A stretch of DNA of 64,000 nucleotides from Clostridiaceae bacterium (lineage in GTDB: Bacteria; Bacillota; Clostridia; TANB77; CAG-508), in assembly GCA_012513065.1 (NCBI GenBank), contig JAAZCX010000012.1:31938-95937 (forward strand), written 5' to 3'. Below the pieces are notes generated by a model. The model was not told the DNA's origin. It saw only the letters and a program-made list of their open reading frames with translations, and did no database searches. This document shows, piece after piece, positions 52,170 to 63,041 of the stretch. Made by a program: the position numbers and the translations under genes. Every line of letters starts with the position of its first letter. The stretch's first letter is position 1.

Positions 52170-53582
52170 TTAAACTATTTTTCCTTTTAAATACCACATA
52201 TGTTGTGACATAATTTTTAATTCTACTATTTTTCCAATTAATTCTTCTTTTCCTTCAAAAACAACTATTTTGTTTGATGGTGTTCTTCCTGTTAACATAT
52301 TTTCATTGTTTTTACTAATTCCTTCTACTACAACACTTTGTATGGTATCTAAATATTTCTTATTATTTTCTTCTATTTGATTTTCTACCAATTTTTTCAA
52401 TTTATCAAAACGTTTGTGTTTAATTTCTTCAGGTATTTGATTTTCCATTCTATCTGCTGGTGTTCCAACTCTTCTTGAATATATAAACATATATACTTGC
52501 TCAAATTTTACTTTTTTTACTACATCTAATGTATCTTCAAAATCTTCTTCTGTTTCTCCTGGAAATCCTACTATAATATCTGTAGTAAATACTACTTCTG
52601 GAATTAATTTTCTCATTTTTTCTACTAAAGTTAAATATTGTTCTTTTGTATATTTTCTGTTCATTATCTTTAATATATTAGTACTTCCTGATTGAAGTGG
52701 AAGATGTATTAATTTACACACTTTTTCACAATCTCTAATTGCTTCTATTACATCATCTGTAAAATCTTTTGGATGAGGAGATATAAATCTTATTCTTTCA
52801 ATTCCATCAATTTTATTTATTGCTCTTAATAACGTAGCAAATGAATTTATTCCTTCATATTCTTCAAATTCTATATTTTTTTCTCTTTCAACACTTAAAT
52901 ATGAATTAACATTTTGTCCAAGTAATGTAATTTCTTTATAACCTTTATTAGACAGTTCTTTTACTTCTTCTATTATATCTTTTGGTTGTCTGCTTCTTTC
53001 TCTTCCTCTTACATATGGTACAATACAATATGTGCAAAAATTATTACAACCATTCATTATTGTAACAGATGCTTTTGTTTTATCTTTCCTTGATATTGGA
53101 AGTCCTTCTATTATTTCTCCATCTATATCTATAACATCTCTAATTTTCTTATTTTCTTCTAATGCTTTATATAAATCTTTTGGCATTTTATGTAGTGTAT
53201 GTGTACCAAATATTATATCAACATAAGGATAACTTTGTTTTATTTTATTTAAGATATGTTCTTCTTGCATCATACAACCGCCAATTGCTATTATTGTATG
53301 TTTGTCTTCTTTTTGTTTTTTTACTTCACCTATTTTACCAAATAATTTTTCTTCTGCATTTTCTCTTACACAACATGTATTAAATAAAACCAAATCTGCA
53401 TCTTTCATTCTCTCTGTTTTTATGTAATTCATTTTTTCTAACATTCCACATAATTTTTCAGAATCATTCTCATTTAATTGACACCCCATTGTCATTATAT
53501 AGTATTTTAATATTTTATTATTATTTATTTGTTTTACTTTTTCAATATATTTTAATTCCTCATTAATATTAATTGCTTGCAA
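52170..53582 (-). CDS. miaB: tRNA-i6A37 methylthiotransferase MiaB (start position uncertain; possibly TTG)
   Basis: MTTase N-domain cysteines (GCQLN...C...C), radical SAM CNNFCTYCIVP, TRAM domain. Confidence 0.9.
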   Translation of the reverse strand: MQAININEELKYIEKVKQINNNKILKYYIMTMGCQLNENDSEKLCGMLEKMNYIKTERMKDADLVLFNTCCVRENAEEKLFGKIGEVKKQKEDKHTIIAIGGCMMQEEHILNKIKQSYPYVDIIFGTHTLHKMPKDLYKALEENKKIRDVIDIDGEIIEGLPISRKDKTKASVTIMNGCNNFCTYCIVPYVRGRERSRQPKDIIEEVKELSNKGYKEITLLGQNVNSYLSVEREKNIEFEEYEGINSFATLLRAINKIDGIERIRFISPHPKDFTDDVIEAIRDCEKVCKLIHLPLQSGSTNILKIMNRKYTKEQYLTLVEKMRKLIPEVVFTTDIIVGFPGETEEDFEDTLDVVKKVKFEQVYMFIYSRRVGTPADRMENQIPEEIKHKRFDKLKKLVENQIEENNKKYLDTIQSVVVEGISKNNENMLTGRTPSNKIVVFEGKEELIGKIVELKIMSQHMWYLKGKIV

Positions 53583-53684
53583 TTTTTTATTTCTCCTTTT
53601 TATTTAACGTTTTGCTTTATTTTATTACATTTTACTTTATTTTTCAATAGAAAAAGCCGACATTTCGTCGACTTTTTATCTGAA

Positions 53685-54053
53685 TTAAATTTTGCATAAA
53701 TACTTATATTGTTCCAATCTTATTTTTATTGCTTTAATTCTTCTTTTCAAAAATATTGACTTATGAATTTTATCACATATATTGTTTAAGAAGCTGTTTA
53801 CTACTTTAATATAAATTTCCTTTTTAATTTTTTGTATAATATTATCTTCAGGTAAATCAAAAATCCTTATACTAAGTTCACACCATTTTTCAAATCTTAT
53901 CCGATTATTTTCAATAAATATATCATTAATTGCTGATGTTTCCTGGATAACATTTAAATACTTCTCATAATTCTGTCTTACAAATTCTTGTTTTGTTATT
54001 AATATTTTCTCAATATCTTTTACTATTTTTTGTATTTTCCGTAATTCTCTCAT
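53685..54053 (-). CDS. hypothetical protein, 122 aa, helical
   Basis: Strong AAGGAGG RBS; own terminator upstream of rpmE; no motif recognised. Confidence 0.35.
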   Translation of the reverse strand: MRELRKIQKIVKDIEKILITKQEFVRQNYEKYLNVIQETSAINDIFIENNRIRFEKWCELSIRIFDLPEDNIIQKIKKEIYIKVVNSFLNNICDKIHKSIFLKRRIKAIKIRLEQYKYLCKI

Positions 54054-54209
54054 TTTGTCATTCCTCCTTATGTTGTATTTTTTTTGGAAAACTTCTACAT
54101 AATTTATTGTATTTTAACATATTTTTTTACTTATTTCTATATATCTTTAAGAATATGTTAAAAAAACATAAAAAAAATGACTTTAAAAAGCCATTTTTTT
54201 ATATATTTT

Positions 54210-54410
54210 TTATTGAATTCCATATTTTTTCTTAAATTTATCTGCTCTACCACCAGATGTCTCTCTTTTTAAATTACCTGTCCAAAATGGATGACATTTT
54301 GAACAAACATCAACTTTTATATCTGATTTTGTTGATTTTGCATTTATAACATTACCACATGCACATGTAATTGTTGATTCTGTAAATTCTGGATGTATTC
54401 CTTCTCTCAT
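54210..54410 (-). CDS. rpmE: 50S ribosomal protein L31
   Basis: MREGIHPEF...CxC...CSKCHPFWTG. Confidence 0.92.
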   Translation of the reverse strand: MREGIHPEFTESTITCACGNVINAKSTKSDIKVDVCSKCHPFWTGNLKRETSGGRADKFKKKYGIQ

Positions 54411-54507
54411 TGTGTATTCACCTCTTCCTATATTTATTAAACATATCGTTTTTTATCTTAACATATTTTTTTATATTTTTCAATACTTTTTGTCTTTTTT
54501 ATTTACT

Positions 54508-54656
54508 TATTTCATTTTATTTTGTTGAACATATTGTGCAGATGAATTTAATTCTTGTTGTAAAGATGTTTTATTTACAATTTTTATAACAACATTAAAT
54601 AAACATGCAATAAGTAAAATAAAGAGTAATAACTTTTTCCAAATCTTAGCAATCAT
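54508..54656 (-). CDS. possible small membrane protein (49 aa) upstream of rpmE
   Basis: AAGGAGAAA RBS then ATG; one TM segment (MIAKIWKKLLLFILLIACLF...). Not in the ORF track because it is under 60 aa. Confidence 0.2.
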
Positions 54657-54775
54657 TTTATTTCTCCTTGATTAATTTTACTATTTAATTATACTATATT
54701 TTTTTATTTTGTCAACTGCTTATATTTTCTACATCTTTGGTAATACTATAATTAAATAAATTTAAGGAGAAAAAA

Positions 54776-55434
54776 ATGAAAAAATATTTAATTTGTTTTA
54801 TTATAATTTTAGCTATCATTATTTGTGGTTTATTTATTTATTTTAATGGTTTTAATAAAAATTCTAATAAAGATAAAGTTTCATATGGCGAAAAAACATC
54901 TACAAATGTAAATATTCAATCTCATAACAATTTACCTAATACTAGTAATTTATATGGTGATGATGTTTTTAATAATTCACAAGTAAAAGAATTATCTTCA
55001 TATACTACAGAAATCAAAGATAATTCTGCAGGTAGATTAACTAATATTAATTTAACCTGTTCAAGTTTAAATAATACAACTATTTCACCTGGAGATATTT
55101 TTTCTTTTAATAATGTAGTTCGGAAAATCTACTGCTGAAAAAGGATATCAAGAAGCAAGTATTATTATTAATCATAAAACTGAAAAAGGAATCGGTGGTG
55201 GAAACTGTCAAGTAAGTAGTACATTATATAACGCAATTCTTTTAGTTCCTTCTTTAGAAGTATTAGAAAGACATGAACACGGAAAAGATGTCACATATGT
55301 TCCTGACGGTAAAGATGCAGCTGTTTCTTATGGTTCATTAGATTTAAAATTTAAAAATAACTCTAACAAATCAATTCGTATTGAAGCATCTAGCAATAAT
55401 TCTTCTATAACAATAAGATTAGTTGAATTTTAAA
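54776..55434 (+). CDS. VanW-domain protein, frameshifted by an extra C at 55121
   Basis: N-terminal TM, then ...GDIFSFNNVV then a frame switch. Deleting the C in gttCggaaaa gives GKSTAEKGYQEASIIINHKTEKGIGGGNCQVSSTLYNAIL...HEHGKDVTYVPDGKDAAVSYGSLDLKFKNN, the VanW core. Confidence 0.7.
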
Positions 55435-55522
55435 GGATATATTTTATATCCTTTTCTTTTTTACATATTTTAAGGAATTACTTCATATACATTTATAAAG
55501 TTTTATAGGAGGTTTCTTATAT

Positions 55523-56731
55523 ATGCGTAAATTTTTATCCTGTTTTTTTCTGATTGTTATTTTGATTTTTATTTTAACTACATTTTCTAATGCATTTGTT
55601 GATAATTCTTTTATATGGTCTGGAGATTATGTTATTGAAACTTCAACTTCTTCAGATGTTGATTTACAATTTGAATCAGCAAGTGCTATTCTAATTGAAC
55701 AAAATTCTGGTAAAATTTTATATGAACATAATTCACATGAACAGTTACGACCAGCTTCTGTTACTAAAGTAATGAGTATTTTACTAATTATGGAAGCATT
55801 AGATAGTGGTAAAATTTCTTTAGATGATAAAGTACCTTGTAGCGAACAAGCAGCAAATATGGGTGGCTCACAAATTTGGTTAGATGTTCGTGAGGAATTG
55901 ACAGTAAATGAGATGTTAAAAGCAATTTGTGTAGCTTCTGCTAATGATTGTACTGTTGCAATGGCAGAATATTTAGCTGGATCACAAGAAGCCTTTGTTG
56001 AAAAAATGAATATTAGAGCTAAAGAATTAGGAATGAATGATACTTGTTTTAAAAATTGTCATGGTCTTGATACTGATGGACATGTAACTTCAAGTTATGA
56101 TATTTCTTTAATGTCTAGAGAATTATTAAAAAATCATCCTTCAATAACTAATTATACAACTATATGGATGGACACTTTAAGAGATGGTAAATCAGAATTA
56201 GTTAATACTAATAAATTAATTAGAAATTATAAAGGTGCAACTGGACTTAAAACTGGTTCTACAGATCTTGCTTTATATAATTTATCTGCTAGTGCTACAA
56301 GAGATAATCTTTCATTAATTGCAGTTATTATGAAATCACCTTCTACTAAAATCCGTTTTTCTGAAGCTCAAAAATTATTAGATTATGGTTTTAGTAATTA
56401 TTCTTATGTGTCATTTGCTAAAAAAGATACTATATTAAAAAATATTAATATCTCTAAAGGTGTTAACCCTTTCGTTAATCTTGTTTATGAATGTGACTCT
56501 GGTGCTTTATTAAAAAAAGGAGCAGAAAATGAAATTGAACAAATAGTAAATATCTATGATAATATTAAAGCTCCTATTTCTAAAGGACAAAAATTAGGTG
56601 AAATAAACTATTTATTAAATGGCGAAAACATTGGAAATACAGCTCTTGTTTCAGATATAGAGATAAAGAAAATCACTTTAAGTAATATGTATGAGCATAT
56701 ACTTTTTGATTGGTTCTACCTTTTACGATAG
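55523..56731 (+). CDS. D-alanyl-D-alanine carboxypeptidase (S11 peptidase, PBP5-like)
   Basis: Signal peptide; SxxK (ASVTKVM), SxN (SANDC) and KTG (KTGST) motifs. Confidence 0.9.
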   Translation: MRKFLSCFFLIVILIFILTTFSNAFVDNSFIWSGDYVIETSTSSDVDLQFESASAILIEQNSGKILYEHNSHEQLRPASVTKVMSILLIMEALDSGKISLDDKVPCSEQAANMGGSQIWLDVREELTVNEMLKAICVASANDCTVAMAEYLAGSQEAFVEKMNIRAKELGMNDTCFKNCHGLDTDGHVTSSYDISLMSRELLKNHPSITNYTTIWMDTLRDGKSELVNTNKLIRNYKGATGLKTGSTDLALYNLSASATRDNLSLIAVIMKSPSTKIRFSEAQKLLDYGFSNYSYVSFAKKDTILKNINISKGVNPFVNLVYECDSGALLKKGAENEIEQIVNIYDNIKAPISKGQKLGEINYLLNGENIGNTALVSDIEIKKITLSNMYEHILFDWFYLLR

Positions 56732-56811
56732 CTTAAAATTGATTTGTTTAACATAATATGTTATAATATAAGTATAACAATATGTTATCATACCTTAAAG
56801 GAGGAATCATT

Positions 56812-57006
56812 ATGAGAGAATACATTGGAATTAGCAAATTTGCTAAACGCAACAATAATGAAAGACACGGTTTTCCTATTACGAGAAATAGATCTTATGC
56901 TACAGGGCATAACTCAACGACAGCATCTTCTTCTCAATCAGGAAACGAAAGTTTTCTAACAAATTATGAATTACGAGAAGGATTTAAGAAAGCTTTTTCT
57001 TCTTAG
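56812..57006 (+). CDS. small Ser/Thr/Asn-rich protein of 64 aa with its own RBS and terminator
   Basis: AAGGAGG 7 nt before the ATG; stop immediately followed by a strong hairpin terminator; composition is unusual for this genome. Confidence 0.35.
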   Translation: MREYIGISKFAKRNNNERHGFPITRNRSYATGHNSTTASSSQSGNESFLTNYELREGFKKAFSS

Positions 57007-57019
57007 TTGACCTTCTTTA

Positions 57020-57056
57020 GAAGCACAGAGAGAATTCTCTCTGTGCTTCTTTTTTA
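57020..57056. terminator. bidirectional terminator (gaagcacagagagaattctctctgtgcttc plus T run)
   Basis: 12-bp GC-containing stem between the convergent small gene and ytfJ. Confidence 0.65.
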
Positions 57057-57058
57057 TT

Positions 57059-57664
57059 TTATTCACCTAAATTTTCGTTATTATAATCTTCATTTTCTTT
57101 AAAAGTAAAATCTTCTGGTTCATCATATTTGACTTCATATTTTATTGGTTTATTTCTTTTAGGATGAAATTTGTTTGTATTTGGAATAACAACATTTATA
57201 TTTTCTTCTTCACTATCTTTTTTAGTTTTTATATTTTTATTTTCTTCGTTATTTTTTTCTTTTTCTTTATTAAAAATATTATTAGCTTTTTCTAGTAAGT
57301 CTGGTATATAGTCAAGCAATTTATCTACCGCTGATGTGTGATTAACAGGAAGTAATTTTACATTTTCTCCTTGTACTATTATGAACGCTACCGGAGATAT
57401 ACTTACTCCCGCTCCACTACCACCTCCGAATGGTAATTTATATTGGATAGCCTCTTCCTTATCTTTTTTAGAATATTCTTCAATTGTTTCACCTCTAAAT
57501 TCACTTCCTCCTGCTGCAAAACCGAATCCTACTTTTGATATTGGAATTATTATTATATCGTTCGAAGTTTCAATTGGTTCTCCTATTATTGTATTAACAT
57601 CTATCATATCTCTAATACTATTCATAGCGGTAAGCATAAGACCTTCTATTGGATGTTCTCTCAT
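57059..57664 (-). CDS. ytfJ: sporulation protein YtfJ (GerW family)
   Basis: MREHPIEGLMLTAMNSIRDMIDVNTIIGEPIETSNDIIIIPISKVGFGFAAGGSEF..., canonical GerW/YtfJ. Confidence 0.8.
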   Translation of the reverse strand: MREHPIEGLMLTAMNSIRDMIDVNTIIGEPIETSNDIIIIPISKVGFGFAAGGSEFRGETIEEYSKKDKEEAIQYKLPFGGGSGAGVSISPVAFIIVQGENVKLLPVNHTSAVDKLLDYIPDLLEKANNIFNKEKEKNNEENKNIKTKKDSEEENINVVIPNTNKFHPKRNKPIKYEVKYDEPEDFTFKENEDYNNENLGE

Positions 57665-58265
57665 GTTTTTTACTTCCTTTCTTTTTATAAATCAACATAC
57701 TATTAATAATATGTACTATTTTTATTTGAATTATACTGTCTAATTCTATATAATACTCATTTTTTATATTATATAGTGGTTTAACAAAATACTTACATTC
57801 TTCTTTATTTTTACACTCTAATAAATTAGCTAATATAATTCCTATAAAACTAGATATTATTGCAATTAGATAAGATGTTAATATAACATCTTCTGTTCCT
57901 AATTCAATTTTTAATTTAATTTTATTTATCTTTATATTCATTTTTTCTAATATAATACATAAATTTTTATTTATTGGAACTTTATCTTTTATTTCTTTAA
58001 AATCTATTTTTCCTAGTTTTTCGCTAGAATAAATTTTTTCCATTTTTTCATTATTTAGATTAATCCAAAAAATTGGAATTTTTCCTAAAAAACATATTAA
58101 TATTTTTACATTATATTTATTATTATCTATTTTTTTTAAAACTTTAGTATTTTTGTCTCCAAGTTTTAAATTTTGTATATTTATTTTAATTGTAGAAGCT
58201 AATAATATTGTAGAAATAAAAGATATAAAAATAATTATACCCAAAAAAACAAAAACTAGTATCAT
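57618..58265 (-). CDS. DUF2953-like membrane protein (ytfI position) upstream of ytfJ
   Basis: N-terminal TM, K/I-rich; conserved ytfI-ytfJ synteny. Confidence 0.45.
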   Translation of the reverse strand: MILVFVFLGIIIFISFISTILLASTIKINIQNLKLGDKNTKVLKKIDNNKYNVKILICFLGKIPIFWINLNNEKMEKIYSSEKLGKIDFKEIKDKVPINKNLCIILEKMNIKINKIKLKIELGTEDVILTSYLIAIISSFIGIILANLLECKNKEECKYFVKPLYNIKNEYYIELDSIIQIKIVHIINSMLIYKKKGSKKHERTSNRRSYAYRYE

Positions 58266-58332
58266 AAAACCTCCTATATAAGAAGTTATTTAATACTAGT
58301 TTTTCCATTTATTTCTTGTTTATACAATTAAT

Positions 58333-59082
58333 TTATTTTTTAGCTCTTTCTACGACTATATCTCCAAATAGTTCTTCTTGAGTTGTTATTATTTTACTTC
58401 TTCTTGATAATTCTAATAGTCCTGTAAATGCTGTGACTACTTCCTGTTTGTTATTTTCAGAAACTTTGTATAATTTATTAAATACAAATTTAGGTTTTCT
58501 TAAAAGTTCTCTAAATATCTCTTTTACTTTACTAGCTACAGAATAACTTTCTGTAATTGCAATTTTTTCTATATTTTTTGCATTTTGATTTAAACGATTT
58601 TTATTATTGTCCACAATTTGTTTGTACATTTCAATTATCATTTCAGATTGATATTCTTTTTCTAGTTTTTGTTTTGGAAGTTCTATTGTTTCTTGTAATT
58701 TTAGAAATCTTTTTGCATTAACTTCATAAAATTCTTTTAATTTTTTTGAAATTTCTTTATATTTTTTATATTCAATAATTCTTTGTAATAATTCTTCTTC
58801 AGTCAATTCTCTTTCATCATCAACTTCTGTTGGAAGTAAATTTTTAGATTTTATATATAATAAAGTAGAAGCCATAATTAGAAACTCACTTGTAATTTCC
58901 AAATTCATCTTTTCCATTTGATTAATATAAAATATATATTGATCTGTAATTTCACTTAATTTTATATCATATATATCCATTTTATTTTTATCTATTAAAT
59001 GGCATAATAAATCAAGTGGTCCTTCAAAATTTTCTAATTTTATTGCATATTTATTTGTTTCTAATGTTAAAACATTTTGCAT
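58333..59082 (-). CDS. scpA: segregation and condensation protein A
   Basis: ...FEGPLDLLCHLIDKNKMDIYDIKLSEITDQY... Confidence 0.85.
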   Translation of the reverse strand: MQNVLTLETNKYAIKLENFEGPLDLLCHLIDKNKMDIYDIKLSEITDQYIFYINQMEKMNLEITSEFLIMASTLLYIKSKNLLPTEVDDERELTEEELLQRIIEYKKYKEISKKLKEFYEVNAKRFLKLQETIELPKQKLEKEYQSEMIIEMYKQIVDNNKNRLNQNAKNIEKIAITESYSVASKVKEIFRELLRKPKFVFNKLYKVSENNKQEVVTAFTGLLELSRRSKIITTQEELFGDIVVERAKK

Positions 59083-59113
59083 TATATTTCCTCATTTCTT
59101 TTATGTTTTTATC

Positions 59114-59566
59114 TTATTCTTCAATTTTTTCCATTGCAACTTTTATATGTTCTTCTGTATATCCTTTTTTCATTAAATATTGTTTAATCTCTAATTCATT
59201 CATATTAACTGATTTTTTTAGTACTATATTATCTGCTGATTTTTGCTCATAATCTTCCATTTCATCTATATTATTTTGTATATAATCTTCTATTAATGTA
59301 TTAGAAATACCTTTTGTTGTTAGTTTATATTTTATTTCTTTTATTGATAGATTTTTCAAAGCTATAAATTCATTTATTGCTCTTTGTATATAATTTGCAT
59401 CACTAATATAACCATTTTCAATTAGATTTTGAATTATATCTTCTAATAAATTTTCATCTATTTCAGATTTAAACTTCTTTCTAATTTCTTTTTCAGTTCT
59501 CTTTTTGTATATTACATATTTTAATACTTTAGTTTTTTCTTTATCAAATTCTTCTATAGTATACAT
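59114..59566 (-). CDS. recX: RecX-like regulatory protein (downstream of recA)
   Basis: 150-aa helical repeat protein in the conserved recA-recX position. Confidence 0.55.
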   Translation of the reverse strand: MYTIEEFDKEKTKVLKYVIYKKRTEKEIRKKFKSEIDENLLEDIIQNLIENGYISDANYIQRAINEFIALKNLSIKEIKYKLTTKGISNTLIEDYIQNNIDEMEDYEQKSADNIVLKKSVNMNELEIKQYLMKKGYTEEHIKVAMEKIEE

Positions 59567-59675
59567 TAATTTCTTCCTTTGACTTATTATATTATTTTTT
59601 TACATTTTACTACACAAAAACAAAAATAGCAAGATAAAACTTGCTATTTTAAGTCTTTACTTAGATATACTTTTT

Positions 59676-60740
59676 TTATTTTTCATCTAATGATTCGTCT
59701 TCAGATTTTTCATTTTCATTTGAATCACCTAAACTTTTTTCAAAAGCTTCATTAAAATTAACTCTTATTTTTTCTTCAACTTCTTTTGCTATATCTGGAT
59801 TGTCTATTAAATATTTTTTAATATTTTCTCTTCCTTGACCAATTCTTTCTCCATTATAACTAAACCAAGAGCCACTTTTTTCTATTATATCTAAATTAAC
59901 TGCTATATCTAATATGTTACCTTCTTTTGAAATTCCTTTTCCATAAATAATATCAAATTCTGCTTCTCTAAATGGTGGAGCAACTTTATTTTTTACTACT
60001 TTTACTCTTGTTCTATTTCCTACTACTTCTCCATCTTGTTTAATACTTTCAATTCTTCTTATATCTAAACGTACTGATGCATAATATTTTAATGCTCTAC
60101 CACCAGCTGTTGTTTCAGGATTACCAAACATAACTCCTACTTTTTCTCTTAATTGGTTGATAAATATTATTACAGATTTTGATTTATTTATTGCACCAGC
60201 TAATTTTCTTAATGCTTGTGACATAAGTCTTGCTTGAAGTCCAATATGTGAATCTCCCATATCTCCATCTATTTCTGCTTTTGGTACTAATGCTGCTACA
60301 GAATCTATTACTATAACATCTAATGCTCCACTTCTCACTAATGCTTCTGCAATTTCTAATGCTTGTTCACCAGTATCTGGTTGTGAAACTATTAAATTAT
60401 CTATATCAACTCCTAAATGTTTAGCATAAACTGGATCTAAAGCATGTTCTGCATCTATAAATGCTGCCTCTCCGCCTAATTTTTGTGCTTCAGCAATCAT
60501 GTGTAAAGCTATTGTTGTTTTTCCTGAAGATTCTGGTCCATATACTTCTACAATTCTTCCTCTTGGAATTCCTCCTATACCTAAAGCTATATCTAAACTT
60601 AAAGCTCCTGTTGGGATAGCTTCAACATTCATTGCTTGAAAATCTCCTAATTTCATAACAGATCCTTTTCCAAATTGTTTTTCTATTTGTCCTAATGCTG
60701 CTTCTAATGCTCTCATTTTCTCTGAATTTTCTTTTTCCAT
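59676..60740 (-). CDS. recA: recombinase RecA (start at MEKENSEK...)
   Basis: [26 protein letters not shown] Walker A and the L1/L2 loops. Confidence 0.97.
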   Translation of the reverse strand: MEKENSEKMRALEAALGQIEKQFGKGSVMKLGDFQAMNVEAIPTGALSLDIALGIGGIPRGRIVEVYGPESSGKTTIALHMIAEAQKLGGEAAFIDAEHALDPVYAKHLGVDIDNLIVSQPDTGEQALEIAEALVRSGALDVIVIDSVAALVPKAEIDGDMGDSHIGLQARLMSQALRKLAGAINKSKSVIIFINQLREKVGVMFGNPETTAGGRALKYYASVRLDIRRIESIKQDGEVVGNRTRVKVVKNKVAPPFREAEFDIIYGKGISKEGNILDIAVNLDIIEKSGSWFSYNGERIGQGRENIKKYLIDNPDIAKEVEEKIRVNFNEAFEKSLGDSNENEKSEDESLDEK

Positions 60741-60766
60741 TGTTATTCCTCCTAAAAATTTGTTTT

Positions 60767-60780
60767 TCAAACGCTTGTTT
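60767..60780. promoter_or_regulatory. perfect palindrome CAAACgcttGTTTG upstream of the recA RBS; candidate LexA/SOS operator
   Basis: AAAC-N4-GTTT palindrome 16 nt upstream of the recA RBS; same half-site pattern as the dinB site. Confidence 0.3.
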
Positions 60781-60885
60781 GTTATTATTATATACTAAGA
60801 TATTTTTTTGTCAAGTATTTTTATTATTTTTTTATTTATTTTTTATATACGATACCAATCTTCTAAATTATAATAACTAAAATAA

Positions 60886-62430
60886 TTATTTCCGAGTAAT
60901 CTCTCCTGATAAACATTGATTTTTTATAACAAATATTTTATTTCTATATAATCCAATGAATGGCTGTTCATCATAAAATATTTTAATTAATTCTTTATAT
61001 TTTTCTTTTAATAATTCTTCGTTATCTATGTTTTTTACTTGTGAAATAATAGAATTTATTTCTTCATTATTATAATTCTGTAAATTTCCAGTTGATAAGA
61101 ATGTATTAAGATCTGGATTATATGAATTATATACTCCTGTTATAATTATTTCATAATTTTTTGTTTGTAATATAGTTTGATATTGACTGTCTGATACTTT
61201 CTTAATTGTTATTTTAAACCCTATTTGTTCCAATTGTTGTTTAATATTTTCTGCAACTTTTAGTCTTTCTTGATTATTTGAATTTACAGTTAACGTTATA
61301 CTAATTTTTCTGGTACGATAATCTTCTTTTTTTTGCCAAGAATTATTTTTATATTCCCATCCATTATCTGATAATATTTTTTTAGCTTCATCTGGATTAT
61401 ATCCTAAATTTGACTTATTCCATTCGTATAAATAATTATCATAATCTAATGGAAAATCTGATGCGTAGCATTCATTATTATAAACACTTGAAACTATATT
61501 GTTTTTATCAATAGAATATGATATTGCTTTTCTAACTTCTTTGTTTTTCAATATTTCATCTTCACAATTTAATGCTAGATAATCAAATTCTCTACCTTTG
61601 AATTCTGTTTTTGCATATCCTATTGTACCTATATATTGTTGTAAATTTGTATTTGCTGTTGTAAAAATATCTACATTTCCTAATTTAAAGCTATTATATA
61701 ATTCTCCAATTTCAGAATAAATTTTTATTTGTATTGTCTTAATTTTAGTATCTATGTTTCCTTTATTCCACCATTTTTCATTCTTTTTTAAAACAATATT
61801 TGTTCCATCAACTGAATCAATCTTATACATTCCTGTACCCATTGGTGTTTTTGTTGATGTATTAAAATCTTCTCCCTTGTAATAGTTATTTGGTAAGATT
61901 GGAAAAGTTAATTGATATTCAAAAAATGGTACTTCTTGACTCAAATTGATTTTAACTGTATCTGCATCTAATACTTCTACACTTGTTACTTTCTCTACAT
62001 TATAAGAATATATTGATTTTCCTTCTTTAAGTCTATCAATTGTAAATTGTATATCTTTCGCTATAAGTGCAGAACCATCTTGCCACTTTTTATTGTTATC
62101 TATTTTTATGACATATGAAGTATTTGAAGTTTTTGAACATTCAGTAGCTAAACATTTTTTTAATTTATAATTTGTGTCTAAACTTAATAATGGTTCAAAA
62201 ATTAATTTACCAATATTTAATACTTCTTTATTATTAGTTAATAAAGGATTTATTGTGTCAAAATTAGAAATTCCTAGCCTTAAGTCTTTTATATCTATTG
62301 TATTTTCAACTTGTTCTGTTTTTATTTCTGTTTGTTGTTTTTCATCTTTAAAGTAAATCATATATATTGCAAATATAATAATTCCTACAACAAATAAAAT
62401 AAAAATATATTTAAAGAAATTAGATTTCAT
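60886..62430 (-). CDS. ABC transporter substrate-binding protein, family 5 (peptide/nickel type)
   Basis: N-terminal TM/signal anchor, 514 aa, SBP_bac_5-like length and composition. Confidence 0.65.
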   Translation of the reverse strand: MKSNFFKYIFILFVVGIIIFAIYMIYFKDEKQQTEIKTEQVENTIDIKDLRLGISNFDTINPLLTNNKEVLNIGKLIFEPLLSLDTNYKLKKCLATECSKTSNTSYVIKIDNNKKWQDGSALIAKDIQFTIDRLKEGKSIYSYNVEKVTSVEVLDADTVKINLSQEVPFFEYQLTFPILPNNYYKGEDFNTSTKTPMGTGMYKIDSVDGTNIVLKKNEKWWNKGNIDTKIKTIQIKIYSEIGELYNSFKLGNVDIFTTANTNLQQYIGTIGYAKTEFKGREFDYLALNCEDEILKNKEVRKAISYSIDKNNIVSSVYNNECYASDFPLDYDNYLYEWNKSNLGYNPDEAKKILSDNGWEYKNNSWQKKEDYRTRKISITLTVNSNNQERLKVAENIKQQLEQIGFKITIKKVSDSQYQTILQTKNYEIIITGVYNSYNPDLNTFLSTGNLQNYNNEEINSIISQVKNIDNEELLKEKYKELIKIFYDEQPFIGLYRNKIFVIKNQCLSGEITRK

Positions 62431-62595
62431 TTTGCACCTCTTATTTTTATTTTGATTTTATTTATAATATAAGATATTTTGTTTTTTTTCAAGTTTTTAG
62501 TTAAAAAGATTTATTTTATTTATAGTTTTATTTTATTATGGGATTTTATTAAGATTAAAAATTTTAAATATGATAAAAATCTATATTCGCATTTG

Positions 62596-62633
62596 AATAT
62601 TTTTGTATTCAAATGCGAATAAAAAATAAAAAA
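62596..62633. terminator. 16-bp perfect inverted repeat tattcgcatttgaata/tattcaaatgcgaata (spoVS terminator)
   Basis: Hairpin 15 nt downstream of the spoVS stop, followed by a T run on the minus strand. Confidence 0.55.
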
Positions 62634-62647
62634 TTATATTATTTTTA

Positions 62648-62911
62648 TTATTTTCTTGACTCTACAATAATTCTAATACCAGTTCTATCTTCACCTTCGA
62701 CTTCTACTTCTGTAAATGCTGGTATACATACTAAGTCAACTCCTGATGGTGCGACAAATCCTCTTGCAATAGCTACTGCTTTTACTGCTTGATTCAATGC
62801 TCCTGCTCCAATTGCTTGCATTTCTGCTTTACTTTCTTCTTTTATCAAACCAGCAATAGCTCCTGCTACTGAATTTGGATTTGATTTGGATGAGATTTTT
62901 AAAACTTCCAT
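62648..62911 (-). CDS. spoVS: stage V sporulation protein S
   Basis: MEVLKISSKSNPNSVAGAIAGLI...AIGAGALNQAVKAVAIARGF... Confidence 0.93.
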   Translation of the reverse strand: MEVLKISSKSNPNSVAGAIAGLIKEESKAEMQAIGAGALNQAVKAVAIARGFVAPSGVDLVCIPAFTEVEVEGEDRTGIRIIVESRK

Positions 62912-63041
62912 TTTTTGCCTCCTATAATTTTATTTTTATTTTAATTACAGGTATAGTTATAATACAAAAAATAAAAATTGTCTATATTTTTTTGGAAATA
63001 TTTGGAAAAACATTTCGCTAGTTTTATTTATTTTTCGTCAT

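Noticed and set aside
56868-56868. Applying the C-deletion repair to the cacGGt site inside the 64-aa small ORF
   Set aside because: Unlike the nine confirmed cases, the GGT here is not an in-frame Gly codon in the alternative reading. The as-written ORF also ends exactly at the terminator, so the sequence was left as is and only flagged.
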